Source of the DNA: a virus
Taxonomy: Duplodnaviria > Caudoviricetes
Reading direction: 5' to 3' (one strand)
IMG/VR virus record: IMGVR_UViG_3300046747_000082
Coordinates: 1-50,471 of that record
DNA length: 50,471 bases
Below the pieces are notes generated by a model. The model was not told the origin of the DNA and did not search any database. It saw only the letters and a list, made by a program, of their open reading frames with translations. The position numbers and the translations under genes are program-made. Below, piece after piece: positions 20,959 through 30,229 of this stretch. Position 1 is the stretch's first letter, and each line of letters begins with the position of its first letter.

Positions 20959-21384
20959 ATGAGTGCTATATTAGACTTTTTGACCAATGGTCTAAGTCAG
21001 ATCGTCAAACCGATCACAGATATTTATGCTAAGAAAGAAGAGAGAAAGATTGCCCACGATGCTATCATCGGGCAACTGAATGCAGCGCAGCAAGCTGGAC
21101 AACAGGAAGTAATCGTAAACGATCAACACCTTGATGCTATCCTTGCAGCACAGAATCAATTCTCATGGAAAGATGAGTACGTTACCGTATCGGTAGTTGG
21201 TATCATCAATGCGATTATGCTAGGCGGAATCCTTAGTGGATTCGGCAAGCCTGCCTTCTTGGAAGGTGCCATCACTGGTATCAAGGCGCTAGCAGAAGTC
21301 CTCCAGAACGGTGGCAACCTCGGTGAGATGCTGAAGTACACAGTGTATGCAGCGATCGGATTGAATGTGTGGCGTAAGTTTTGA
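20959..21384 (+). CDS. Putative holin (3TM/GTA-like)
   Basis: SWKDEY motif followed by hydrophobic helices, basic C-terminus. Confidence 0.7.
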   Translation: MSAILDFLTNGLSQIVKPITDIYAKKEERKIAHDAIIGQLNAAQQAGQQEVIVNDQHLDAILAAQNQFSWKDEYVTVSVVGIINAIMLGGILSGFGKPAFLEGAITGIKALAEVLQNGGNLGEMLKYTVYAAIGLNVWRKF

Positions 21385-21617
21385 TGGACCAAAATGCAGC
21401 GATCACTCTTCTACTTTTTATACTTGGCGGCTTCGGAACAGCAGCAGTGTGGATTAGTAAACTAGGCACACGAGTAGCAGTCCTAGAGGCTGGACATGAT
21501 GCAATGCAGGATTTGTTGCAGGAGATCAAGTCGGATATTAAAGAGCTTGTAAATGCCCTTCATGGGTCTGATTCTGTCTTAGTCAATACGACTAGACGGA
21601 TTAAGAAAAAGCCCTAA
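21381..21617 (+). CDS. Small membrane protein (TM + coiled coil), lysis-associated
   Basis: N-terminal TM, RVAVLE...IKSDIKEL coiled coil. Confidence 0.6.
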   Translation: MMDQNAAITLLLFILGGFGTAAVWISKLGTRVAVLEAGHDAMQDLLQEIKSDIKELVNALHGSDSVLVNTTRRIKKKP

Positions 21618-21657
21618 TCCCTCCTCCAAGGCTTAAGTCCTAACGAGACCGTTAGGC

Positions 21658-21698
21658 AAAAGAAAGGCTCCTTCCTTACGGTTGGAGCCTTTTTTTTT
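21658..21698. terminator. Bidirectional rho-independent terminator between convergent arms
   Basis: AAAAG-AAAGGCTCC...GGAGCCTTT-TTTTTT, A-tract before and T-tract after the stem. Confidence 0.88.
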
Positions 21699-21715
21699 CG
21701 CTGTATGAGTCTCAA

Positions 21716-22117
21716 TTATTCCGATGGGAATAGGCGACTCTTAACGTGACGTAGTATACGCCTCAGCCACTCTTCAGCCTTCTTCCAGTCACCATGTTCG
21801 TGGATGGCGCCTTCGAGTTCGCGATGGCAGTTAGCGCATAGGGTCATACGATTCTCTGGTTCGTTATTATCGTGATCCCCATCTCTATGATGGATGTCCA
21901 GAGTTCGTTTAAACAGAGGGGTGTAGCCGCAAAGCTCGCAGCTGTCGCTTTTCCCTTTCTGACTTTTGATTGGCCAAATTTTCACATTACATATGTGACA
22001 ATGTTTCTTCCACTGTGGATTGCCATAGGCGTTGTAGCCGTGGAACTGCTTTTCGTTCTCATGGCACAATTCACAGAGTTCCCCCTCCGAGTGGCTTCGA
22101 GGTCTACCTCTCGGCAT
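21716..22117 (-). CDS. HNH endonuclease with zinc-binding CxxC pairs
   Basis: HHRDGDHDNNEPENRMTLCANCH. Confidence 0.85.
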   Translation of the reverse strand: MPRGRPRSHSEGELCELCHENEKQFHGYNAYGNPQWKKHCHICNVKIWPIKSQKGKSDSCELCGYTPLFKRTLDIHHRDGDHDNNEPENRMTLCANCHRELEGAIHEHGDWKKAEEWLRRILRHVKSRLFPSE

Positions 22118-22125
22118 TATACTTC

Positions 22126-22497
22126 CTAAATGGTTACACCAGCTCGGGTATCAGTCCCTATACCGCGCAGCTCATGGGACAAAAGGAACAATCCAGAGCA
22201 GATTGCTCCCGCCAAATGCGATCGATTTGTTTCAGGGTCAATCCCTGATTCACCCCTAAGGATGGCCATCTCCCATTTGGACATATGTCTATGTACAGCC
22301 CCGCTGAGTCGCCCCCAATCCATGCCGGCTTCCCAATTCCTCGGTGCGTATTTGATAGCCCCGAAGTTAAGAACTGCTACTACCTCATCCATAGCGTCCC
22401 ACGGTACTAGATCGTACCGCAGCTTACCCACGTCGTCCTTATACCCCTTCATCAACGGGGGTGAAGTCGGGGTCGTCTTTGAAGCTCTTGAACTCAT
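22126..22497 (-). CDS. dATP/dGTP diphosphohydrolase-domain protein (DUF5664-like)
   Basis: KDDVGKLRYDLVP...FGAIKYAPRNWEAG...RH...DPETNRSHLA. Confidence 0.82.
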   Translation of the reverse strand: MSSRASKTTPTSPPLMKGYKDDVGKLRYDLVPWDAMDEVVAVLNFGAIKYAPRNWEAGMDWGRLSGAVHRHMSKWEMAILRGESGIDPETNRSHLAGAICSGLFLLSHELRGIGTDTRAGVTI

Positions 22498-22756
22498 ACA
22501 CCTTCTCGTTGTTGTCCCACTTACGCTGCATCATCTCTTCCCACTCGTTCAAGAACGTCTGGAGGTTGATGTTGCGCTCGTTGGCGGCAGCTACGATAGC
22601 CTCGCCTTCCGTCTGAAGGATCGACCAAGGAAGCTTGGTTTCCTTCATGTACTTATCCACACCCTCAACCCCGGACTCTTGGTAGATGTCCCAGATCGTC
22701 TTGGTGAGGAACTCCGTATCAGGTACCGCGTTCAGCTTCTGCGATTCGGTATTCAT
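22439..22756 (-). CDS. Hypothetical protein
   Basis: Acidic ORF with AGGAG upstream, in operon orientation. Confidence 0.6.
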   Translation of the reverse strand: MNTESQKLNAVPDTEFLTKTIWDIYQESGVEGVDKYMKETKLPWSILQTEGEAIVAAANERNINLQTFLNEWEEMMQRKWDNNEKVYEFKSFKDDPDFTPVDEGV

Positions 22757-22895
22757 CCATAATCTCCTGTAGAATTTCCAGCACTTGAACCATCGTCTCG
22801 GTAGCCATGACTACTTCACCACAGGTGATTGCGTCATCGACCAAGAAGATCAGGTTCTCCAATGCATCAATGTCTATACTAGCTTTGCTTGCCAT
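22719..22895 (-). CDS. Small hypothetical protein (58 aa, MASKASIDID...)
   Basis: Read manually; fills the gap between MazG and 22756. Confidence 0.5.
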   Translation of the reverse strand: MASKASIDIDALENLIFLVDDAITCGEVVMATETMVQVLEILQEIMDEYRIAEAERGT

Positions 22896-23187
22896 ATCTT
22901 GCTTCTAATTTATCGTGATTCTTACGGAGGACGTCGCTCATATCTACACCGTGCATCTCTGCCAGCATAACTAGATAGTAGAGCACATCGCCCAATTCCT
23001 TTGTGAGCTCTTCAACGTTGAACCCATCAGCACGCATCGGCGTGAACCATGGCTTCTTGAAGAGATCAGCTACTTCACCTACTTCGGTGGTGAGCCCTAG
23101 GAGAGCATGAACAATTTGTAGTTGTATGCTATCCGCATCTTTCCACAGGCTTAGCGCCCATTTCTGATACTCATTAATATCTTTCAT
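22879..23187 (-). CDS. mazG: MazG-like nucleotide pyrophosphohydrolase
   Basis: LGLTTEVGEVADLFKK...ELGDVLYYL...NHDKLEARY. Confidence 0.88.
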   Translation of the reverse strand: MKDINEYQKWALSLWKDADSIQLQIVHALLGLTTEVGEVADLFKKPWFTPMRADGFNVEELTKELGDVLYYLVMLAEMHGVDMSDVLRKNHDKLEARYGKQS

Positions 23188-23387
23188 AGCCTTGGCGGCT
23201 CCTGTTCATCTAACCAGTCGGGAAGATTGTCTGGTGCTGGCTTCGGGTTACCGTAGAAGAAGGCTTGGATCGCATTCTTCAACCATGAGCGATGCTGATC
23301 ATCCCCATGCTCTAACCACTCATACAGCTCCAAGATCATCCTCTCGTTATCCTTGGACTTCAGTCCCCTCACTATCATCCTCGTCAT
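23184..23387 (-). CDS. Hypothetical protein
   Basis: Overlapping ORF in operon; HGDDQHRSWL motif. Confidence 0.55.
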   Translation of the reverse strand: MTRMIVRGLKSKDNERMILELYEWLEHGDDQHRSWLKNAIQAFFYGNPKPAPDNLPDWLDEQEPPRL

Positions 23388-23565
23388 CCTCGTCGTGCTT
23401 AGGGCAGCTCTTAAGCTGACACATCTCTCGGACGCTAGTCCAAGCCATTCTCTTACCAGAGTAAAGCATTAGCCCGCACTCTGGACAATCCTCATCATAC
23501 GGATTCACTTCAAATATCCCCGGATGTAATACATCCCATAGCCATTTAGCGTATTTGGTCATCAT
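23347..23565 (-). CDS. Hypothetical zinc-binding protein
   Basis: CPECG...C...C; acidic tail. Confidence 0.5.
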   Translation of the reverse strand: MMTKYAKWLWDVLHPGIFEVNPYDEDCPECGLMLYSGKRMAWTSVREMCQLKSCPKHDEDDEDDSEGTEVQG

Positions 23566-23624
23566 CGTTGCCCGGCATATTAAAAATTATAACTGCCGTT
23601 AGCAGGATGAACCATATGAATGCC

Positions 23625-24125
23625 TCACTCATGCAACCACTCCTCTGGGATATGCTTGTCAGCGTACTGCCAAGTTAGTCCTCTGAAGATTCCTCTTCCT
23701 TCCCCGTTGCAAATCTTTGCGTAAGTCTGCTTTGATCCTTTGCTAGTGCTAGCACTGCTCCTTGAGAAAACGAAGCGGATATCCAATCCCGGATACTGCA
23801 TCTTGATCCAAGCGTGCTTACATCGATCCTCGTAATCCCAAATTCCTTTGGTCTCAACAATGATCCATCCTTGTTTTTTCGGTATCCAGAAGTCAGGCTT
23901 GTACGTGTGGAGCGACGCCGGGAGGAGCCATTGGATGGTCCCTTCTTCGGGCTCGTAGACGAACTCGATTCCTTTGTCTGTGAGTTCTTTGGCATTGATT
24001 CGCTCTAGTTTACTTTTGTAAGCTGACGACGAGACTTTACTCGTACCAGCTGTTGTCTCTTTCGGCCGGCGACTTCCAAATATCATTTGGTTTGCGCCAG
24101 AGCCAAAGGAGTTTCCCCGTTTCAT
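23625..24125 (-). CDS. Holliday junction endonuclease I (T7 gp3-like)
   Basis: YKSKLE...YKPDF...IVETKG...DR.KH...YPGLDIRFVF; start uncertain. Confidence 0.88.
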   Translation of the reverse strand: MKRGNSFGSGANQMIFGSRRPKETTAGTSKVSSSAYKSKLERINAKELTDKGIEFVYEPEEGTIQWLLPASLHTYKPDFWIPKKQGWIIVETKGIWDYEDRCKHAWIKMQYPGLDIRFVFSRSSASTSKGSKQTYAKICNGEGRGIFRGLTWQYADKHIPEEWLHE

Positions 24126-24879
24126 CTAAGAATTCTTTCCATTTGTCTGAGAAGTATTTGACGTACTTGTCCTTGACATGATTGTACATCTCTGCTTCAT
24201 TGTCCATTTCATCCAGCTGCTTGAGCCAGACGGACTTCTTGCCGACGTTATAGAGACCAGCAATGTTGTCCACTGCATCCCCCATCAGCATCTGCTTGTA
24301 GAAATTTCTAGTAGCTTCGATCAGGGTTACGTAGTATGGTGGGCGTTCAGGGTGAACCTCTCCCATCAGGATACGCTTCTCTTTGTCCTTCTTCAAGGTC
24401 CACTTGAAGTGCCACCCCGGCACTGTGTCTAAGTCTTTGTCTCGACTACAGATGACAGTGTTGCTGTAGCTTTTGATGTGCTCTTCATCACCGTTCGTCA
24501 GCTGGTATAGTTGACGGTACTCTGACCACTGATCCATTGCCATGGCGTCGTCAGCTTCGTATCCGTCGCACCATTGAGCACCAAAGCTATGCTCGTACAG
24601 GTCTTTGATTCGATCGACGAGTTCAGGCTTCGGCTTACGAGTACCCTTGTACGGCCTGATGGTAGCAAGTTCATGTCGAAAAGTCTTACCGTGAGATAGG
24701 TAGCAGGTATGTCCACCAGCCTCAGCGTTAGTGACAATAGATATGAAGCGACCAGTAGCAAGACCCTTGACCAGATCCCACGCCATTGGACGCCGCTTCT
24801 TTTCTTCACCATCGAGGTATTCCTCTTCCATATGCCCGAGCTCGTTAGCTGGCATATCACCATCAATCAACGCTCTCAT
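24037..24879 (-). CDS. 5'-3' exonuclease (T7 gp6-like)
   Basis: LIDGD, YKGTR, EADD, SRDKDL, QMLMGDAVDNIAG...VG motifs. Confidence 0.9.
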   Translation of the reverse strand: MRALIDGDMPANELGHMEEEYLDGEEKKRRPMAWDLVKGLATGRFISIVTNAEAGGHTCYLSHGKTFRHELATIRPYKGTRKPKPELVDRIKDLYEHSFGAQWCDGYEADDAMAMDQWSEYRQLYQLTNGDEEHIKSYSNTVICSRDKDLDTVPGWHFKWTLKKDKEKRILMGEVHPERPPYYVTLIEATRNFYKQMLMGDAVDNIAGLYNVGKKSVWLKQLDEMDNEAEMYNHVKDKYVKYFSDKWKEFLDETGKLLWLWRKPNDIWKSPAERDNSWYE

Positions 24880-25070
24880 TCCAACGGCCTCCGGCCCTGT
24901 CGTACGTACCGGCCTAGTCCCATCTTAGCGATGAACCGGCCTACCGTACCATGTGAACATTCCCATTTAGTCGCTATCTGATCCAGCGTGTAGTCTGCTT
25001 CGAGCAATCCCTTCACTAGATCCTTGTCACTCTCCTCGAATGTAGAGGGCTTGCCCTGCTTATTCGTCAT
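24876..25070 (-). CDS. Small helix-turn-helix protein
   Basis: TLDQIATKWECSHGTVGRFI. Confidence 0.65.
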   Translation of the reverse strand: MTNKQGKPSTFEESDKDLVKGLLEADYTLDQIATKWECSHGTVGRFIAKMGLGRYVRQGRRPLE

Positions 25071-25407
25071 AGAGATCCCCTCGGTTTGTCTTCATAGCCT
25101 GCTGAAGAAGTCCGGCAAGTCCATCGACGAAACCTTCGTCCGCGTTAAGATCGTCCCTCCCGAGAGCCGTAAGTAGGTTGTGGACGAGTTCGTGAAACCA
25201 CGTGTGAGCAGTGGTTGTTTTGTTTTCGCCTCTTCGGATTCTAACAAGGCTCTTGCTATCTTCCGTGCTTCCAAGACATTCGGGCTCAGCCACTTGTTCA
25301 AGAAGGTTCATCCATCGGACTTTGTACTTTCGCGCGGCTAACCTGTAGCTCGTGCCTAATGTAATCTTCATATTCCCTCCGGTGCTGCTCGGCTTGCAAC
25401 AGCCCAC
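25060..25407 (-). CDS. HExxH metallopeptidase-like protein
   Basis: TWFHELVH...EGFV motif. Confidence 0.65.
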   Translation of the reverse strand: MGCCKPSSTGGNMKITLGTSYRLAARKYKVRWMNLLEQVAEPECLGSTEDSKSLVRIRRGENKTTTAHTWFHELVHNLLTALGRDDLNADEGFVDGLAGLLQQAMKTNRGDLYDE

Positions 25408-25477
25408 GCAGGTCCATATGGATATGACTCTTCCTTAGGATCTCCGGGGGGCGTGGTGCAAGCTTCGCACGCATGAC

Positions 25478-26068
25478 TTAAGCCGTAGCTTCCAGCTTCA
25501 GAACCATCCGCTCAAGGGCAGAACCCTTGTAGTTGACAGCCTTTTGCAGGTCTTCCTTCAGCCCGTCCCAGAGGACGTCTTGCCAAAGTTCTTCGCTCGG
25601 GTTATAAAAGTCGAAGTGGAACGGAGTTGTATCCGCGTCACCTACGGTCATGCCTTCCGGTACGCCCATGATGCCAGTGATGTTGGCATACTGACGGCTG
25701 TCGCCGTCCTTCGTTACCGTGTTATGTACAATGCGTACATAGCAAGGCTTGTTCAGAATCGATTCGAACGACGTAGCGTTCTTATCGAGCACTGCGATGT
25801 GCTCCATGATAGCGCCTTTCTCGCTCGTAGTCTTTTGCATACGTCGAGTGCGGATCATGTGTTGCTTACCTTGGTAGTCCCCTTCGTCTTCAATGAGACG
25901 AGTCGGGAGAGTATACCAGAACTGAACCTGATCTTTGACCTTAGTGATACCTTTGTAAGTTGTTTCACGTTGGCCCAGTTCTACAATGCGAGCGAGTCGA
26001 GCCGGTACCGTGCCTTCGGCAGGGAGGCTAATCTGACTTGCTTGCTTCTCTTGTGGATTAAATGCCAT
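25478..26068 (-). CDS. Putative single-stranded DNA-binding protein
   Basis: PARLARIVELG...YANI..I OB-like pattern in the replication module. Confidence 0.6.
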   Translation of the reverse strand: MAFNPQEKQASQISLPAEGTVPARLARIVELGQRETTYKGITKVKDQVQFWYTLPTRLIEDEGDYQGKQHMIRTRRMQKTTSEKGAIMEHIAVLDKNATSFESILNKPCYVRIVHNTVTKDGDSRQYANITGIMGVPEGMTVGDADTTPFHFDFYNPSEELWQDVLWDGLKEDLQKAVNYKGSALERMVLKLEATA

Positions 26069-26651
26069 ATCTAGTTCCTTTAACTTCTCTATACATTTCT
26101 TGTGCTTGCAGTACCTGACTCTGTGCGTCAGCTAGTGCGTTGTGGTGGGTTCCCACCCTTACTTCAATGTTCTTACGCTTCCACTTGGTCAGAATTCTCC
26201 ACAGATATTTGAGTGTTCTGAAATCCAAGTCTTGGGAATAAAATACCGGGTACTCAGCGCCATACGTGTCGCACAAATCCCGGATGATCGCGTTATCGAA
26301 AGTGTTACCGTTGCCCCATACCCTGCGGATGCCTCGACAAAACTCCATAAAGCGTCTGAGAACAGAGTCAACATCTTCAACCGGAGCGCGTAGTACAGCC
26401 TGCGCTTCTGGGCTTTGTTCAGCCCACCAGTCAAGTGTGTCTGAGTCTGTAATTCTTCCCCGAGCAAGCTGGTCATCAGTATCCAGCACTGCGTAGAAGC
26501 AACGCTCGGGATCTTTAATTGTTTCCAAGTCGTCTGTGGTGTCCAGTCTGAAGAGGACTGCACCGATCGAAACCACAGCCGATCTGTGCGAGGTACCCAA
26601 AGTCTCGATATCGAGCATGAGATCCGCGTAGACTGGTCGGTCGTCATTCAT
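26058..26651 (-). CDS. DEDDh 3'-5' exonuclease (DUF5051/RNase AS-like)
   Basis: DLMLDIETLG...TLDWW...WGNGNTFD...HNALADA; start taken at ATG 26651. Confidence 0.85.
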   Translation of the reverse strand: MNDDRPVYADLMLDIETLGTSHRSAVVSIGAVLFRLDTTDDLETIKDPERCFYAVLDTDDQLARGRITDSDTLDWWAEQSPEAQAVLRAPVEDVDSVLRRFMEFCRGIRRVWGNGNTFDNAIIRDLCDTYGAEYPVFYSQDLDFRTLKYLWRILTKWKRKNIEVRVGTHHNALADAQSQVLQAQEMYREVKGTRYGI

Positions 26652-26731
26652 ACTTACCCCTGTGTGGGCACTTAGGCCACTCGCATTCACCGGGGACATC
26701 GCTTGTTCTACCGCAGAGATAGCATACGCGT

Positions 26732-28621
26732 TTAGTGGCAATCCGCCCATGTGGCCCCCGTTTTGATATCCACCGCTTGAGGACAGAAAAGCTTATACCT
26801 TTCATTTACTGCTTGTATTGTTTCGACTGCTATTAATTTGAATTGTTCCACATCCTCATCCTTCACCAAGAATTGTGCTTCATCGTGCATGGTGGTCACG
26901 AGTAGGACATCAAGGTTCTCGTGCGCTGATCTTGCCATCACTCCGATAATGAATCGTTTCATCACTACCGCTTCGAGTGCTTGCAACAGGTACACTAGCA
27001 ACATGTGCTTTCCGCGTACCCACAACGCACGACCATCTAATCCCTTGATAAAGCCGCACTTCTTCCATTCCTTCTCCAACTGCTTGAGCAGTGTCTCTAG
27101 AGATGGGAGGCCTTTGAAGAAGAGCTGACGGAGGGCAGCGACTCGTTCCTTTGGTATCCCCAGATCGACGGACAGTTTGTCGTCTGAGGCACCGAAGATG
27201 ATCGCATACGTCCACGTCTTACCCTTCTGCCGGTCCTCACCGAACTCAAGCATAGCTGTTGTAAGGCTATGAATGTCGGTCTTGTCCTCTTTCCTACCGT
27301 TCAGCAAAGCATTCCGGTACATTGCGTCGCCTAGATAATGCGACAAACCTCGTAGCTGGCACTGGTCAAGGTCGATACCGACTCGGGTGTATCCGGGGAT
27401 CGTGCCGAATAGGCCTCGTATCTCCGGCCCGTAGGCCTTATCAACTCCCGGCATATTGACTACCTTCCGCTGTGTCATACGCCCAGTAGGGGTGCCTTGT
27501 GGCACCGCTTCGGCGCTTATACGACCATCTGGTCTTACATCGCGCAGAAGTCCTTCCAGCAAGCTATGGCGATGCCTAAGCATCATCCTCTCTACGATCA
27601 TTGGTCCGGCTTTCCCTACCTCGGGAGGCCATCTCACGCTCTCTAGAGAGTCTAGCGTTAGCTTTGGTGAGGTCTTTACCTTCTCTCCATTGAGTCGGAG
27701 AGGTTTACCCGTTGCCGGGTCTTTCTTATAGTTCCATTCGGTTGGTTGCCAACCAATCGTCATCAGATAATCTTTGACTTGCTTCTCTGAGCTAAGGCTC
27801 AGTGGAGCATCAAGCACTTTTACATCGGTTCTGAATTGATTGAAGTCAGGGCCATAGTATTTGAGAGCTGCCTCAGTTGGTCGTCCATCCTTTTTAAATT
27901 GCTTAGATGGCCACTTAGGCTGCTTGCTTGAAGGGAGTGGTACTCTTGGAAGGTGAGGAACCAACTCGTCGTCAATATGATCCATTTTATCTTTAACAAA
28001 AGCAAGGAGATCTTTAGCTTTAGCCACATCCAGCGGCACACCGTTGAACTCTTGCTGAGAAATTTCCGCAGCGATATCATGTTCTGTTATCTCTGATTCA
28101 GTCCAATCAACTCCGAACTCTTTCCGTTCCCTTTCGAGTACCGGCACGAGCATAGTGTTGATCAGCGCGTCAGTTTCATTCCTTATCTGCATGTCTGGGC
28201 TGAACTGAGTCCAGTCGTCATGCTCCGGCTTATTGATTCCAAGTCTAATACCCCAAGATGCAAGAGCGTGTGGTCCAGCATTAGTGCCAGTGACCCGCTC
28301 ACGATCAGACTGATATAGACGGCTAAGAATAAGCGTATCAGTAATCCTAACACCGTACCTCGGTACCCATTTGCAAATCTTGCTGAGGACCGGTAAATCG
28401 TAGTCTTGGATGTTATGCCCAATTAATTCATCTGCCTCATTCAGTTTGTTCAGTGCAGCTTCGATCTCATCGGGTCCGTAGAACCAACTTTCGCTAGTGT
28501 CTACGTCCCGAATCGAAATACACCACACTTGGGTGATGGAGTATTTATCCCCATCGCCCTCAAGGTCGAAGACAAATCGCTTCAATCTTGTAGTGTCGGT
28601 ATCGCTCATACTTCCTCGCAA
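26732..28621 (-). CDS. Family A DNA polymerase with 3'-5' exonuclease (T7-like)
   Basis: FDLE, GHNIQDYD exo motifs; GTPTGR; DLDQCQLR (motif A), KTWTYAIIFG (B), MHDE (C). Confidence 0.95.
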   Translation of the reverse strand: MRGSMSDTDTTRLKRFVFDLEGDGDKYSITQVWCISIRDVDTSESWFYGPDEIEAALNKLNEADELIGHNIQDYDLPVLSKICKWVPRYGVRITDTLILSRLYQSDRERVTGTNAGPHALASWGIRLGINKPEHDDWTQFSPDMQIRNETDALINTMLVPVLERERKEFGVDWTESEITEHDIAAEISQQEFNGVPLDVAKAKDLLAFVKDKMDHIDDELVPHLPRVPLPSSKQPKWPSKQFKKDGRPTEAALKYYGPDFNQFRTDVKVLDAPLSLSSEKQVKDYLMTIGWQPTEWNYKKDPATGKPLRLNGEKVKTSPKLTLDSLESVRWPPEVGKAGPMIVERMMLRHRHSLLEGLLRDVRPDGRISAEAVPQGTPTGRMTQRKVVNMPGVDKAYGPEIRGLFGTIPGYTRVGIDLDQCQLRGLSHYLGDAMYRNALLNGRKEDKTDIHSLTTAMLEFGEDRQKGKTWTYAIIFGASDDKLSVDLGIPKERVAALRQLFFKGLPSLETLLKQLEKEWKKCGFIKGLDGRALWVRGKHMLLVYLLQALEAVVMKRFIIGVMARSAHENLDVLLVTTMHDEAQFLVKDEDVEQFKLIAVETIQAVNERYKLFCPQAVDIKTGATWADCH

Positions 28622-28667
28622 TCGCCTATGATTAGATCAATGTTAACTACGGGGTTGTAAATGTTGA

Positions 28668-29003
28668 TTACGATACCGCAAGGTCCAAAGGGCTTTGTGG
28701 CGTCGTGTCCGTCAGAGCGAACGTCAGTGGGTTGGTCTTAGCCGATTCATTGGCCTGATTGTCGTGCTGACGTGCGGTAAGGCGCGTCTCGTACGAGAAA
28801 CCCGGAACAAAGAAAGGCATGTCAGCGATCGGAGCCTCGTACTGACCCTGCGGGTTCAAAGAACCCGGAGTCGTCAAAATTGCGACCGGCTGATCACCAA
28901 CCTTGTTTGCGTAGAACGTGTAGTCCAGTGCGTACGTGATGGGAGTGCCATCAACGTTCTTCGTGGGTGCTGTCCACGTAAACTTGGTATGGTTAAGTGC
29001 CAT
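28668..29003 (-). CDS. Fibronectin type III-like domain protein
   Basis: FTWTAPTKNVDGTPI...Y...ESAK.NP pattern. Confidence 0.65.
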   Translation of the reverse strand: MALNHTKFTWTAPTKNVDGTPITYALDYTFYANKVGDQPVAILTTPGSLNPQGQYEAPIADMPFFVPGFSYETRLTARQHDNQANESAKTNPLTFALTDTTPQSPLDLAVS

Positions 29004-29305
29004 TAGAAATCCTCATTGTTACTATAGTTGATTTCGCTGTACCCGTGCATGTCGTCCCGACCACTAGGTACAACGGAATGAGTCCCTAAGAAGGAAAAGG
29101 GTTTGTGCATACTTTCAGCTGCTGCATCAGATTGCCAACCCATATTCCAAGCTTCCTCCGCTGATTCGTTGCCTAGGATCTCCTCAGGAGGAGGATTCCC
29201 AGCGCGGAAGTCAGCTTGTCCTTGCACATACCAGTGACGGTAGTGCTTGCTTGCATTTTCGTGGTAGAATGACCCACGAAAGAACGTATCGTTGTCAGAG
29301 TTCAT
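29003..29305 (-). CDS. Hypothetical protein with RMF-like motif
   Basis: YVQGQADFRAGNPP...EAWNMGW; start taken at ATG 29305. Confidence 0.5.
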   Translation of the reverse strand: MNSDNDTFFRGSFYHENASKHYRHWYVQGQADFRAGNPPPEEILGNESAEEAWNMGWQSDAAAESMHKPFSFLGTHSVVPSGRDDMHGYSEINYSNNEDF

Positions 29306-29531
29306 CCACCAGTCTCCCTTGAGAGTCCATCTTGTGACGGCTGTGTTTGAAGCCCTGTTTGTAGAAGCTTTGTAACGAGGAGTCCTCGTCATAGATCAAA
29401 GGCTCTTCCAAATCCTCCCCATCCCGCAGACCTGTAGAAAAAGCCATCAACTCTTTATGATCAGCGTTGATCATATTGAATTCACTCATTGCAGTGAACA
29501 TATAACTGAAAAGCTCTTTCATTCGGCTCAT
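29295..29531 (-). CDS. Hypothetical protein
   Basis: ATGA-coupled ORF in operon. Confidence 0.55.
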   Translation of the reverse strand: MSRMKELFSYMFTAMSEFNMINADHKELMAFSTGLRDGEDLEEPLIYDEDSSLQSFYKQGFKHSRHKMDSQGRLVDEL

Positions 29532-29821
29532 AGCGGCGGCAGTTCCTGTATTTTCTCGACTCGGTTAGTCTGAGGGTTGAATTGTTCCAGCTGCATAAGC
29601 TGGTTGTCCTCATACTTAGACAACGTAGTCAGGATGAAGTTCCCAATCGCGTCCATATCGTCACCAGAAACATGTACGCTCCGATGTGCGACCTGAACTC
29701 GTACACTGTCTCGAATCTTCGAGGCAATTTCTTGAATATCCATTCGATTTAGCATTAATGCACCACTTTTTCCATTCCATTGATGATTTCGTACACATCG
29801 AGGATGACTGTCTCGCAACAA
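29528..29821 (-). CDS. Hypothetical protein
   Basis: ORF in operon orientation; start uncertain. Confidence 0.5.
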   Translation of the reverse strand: MLRDSHPRCVRNHQWNGKSGALMLNRMDIQEIASKIRDSVRVQVAHRSVHVSGDDMDAIGNFILTTLSKYEDNQLMQLEQFNPQTNRVEKIQELPPL

Positions 29822-29881
29822 TCCTGCCCAATCTCGGGCAAATCGTTCACGAGCTCAATTGCTTCCCCTTCCGTGTCCGTT

Positions 29882-30229
29882 TCAGTCAGCAGTTGAAACT
29901 TCCGTGCGTAGGTTATCAGATACTTCGGCATTTTCTATAATATCCTGTGTTTCTTTCTCGAACGCATCCGCTTCGGCTTCGCTCATCACTGATGCCGGCA
30001 AGATACGCGTGATAGAGCTGTCTTCGAGCCCAGCGTAGTGCTTGACTACTACGTCCATAGCTTCTTCCGGGGTTGAGGCGGAGATTGTTTCTTGTACTTC
30101 TACCAAAATCCGTACTCGCCAAGTCGGGAGCTGCGGTACTGAAGCCGCTAGTGCTTCCGATGTATCCGGTGTAGATTCCGGGATCAACGTCTCGCACACT
30201 TCTCCACTCTCCGTCACGACGTCGTTCAC
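29882..30229 (-). CDS. Acidic hypothetical protein
   Basis: GTGA-coupled to the upstream gene. Confidence 0.6.
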   Translation of the reverse strand: MNDVVTESGEVCETLIPESTPDTSEALAASVPQLPTWRVRILVEVQETISASTPEEAMDVVVKHYAGLEDSSITRILPASVMSEAEADAFEKETQDIIENAEVSDNLRTEVSTAD

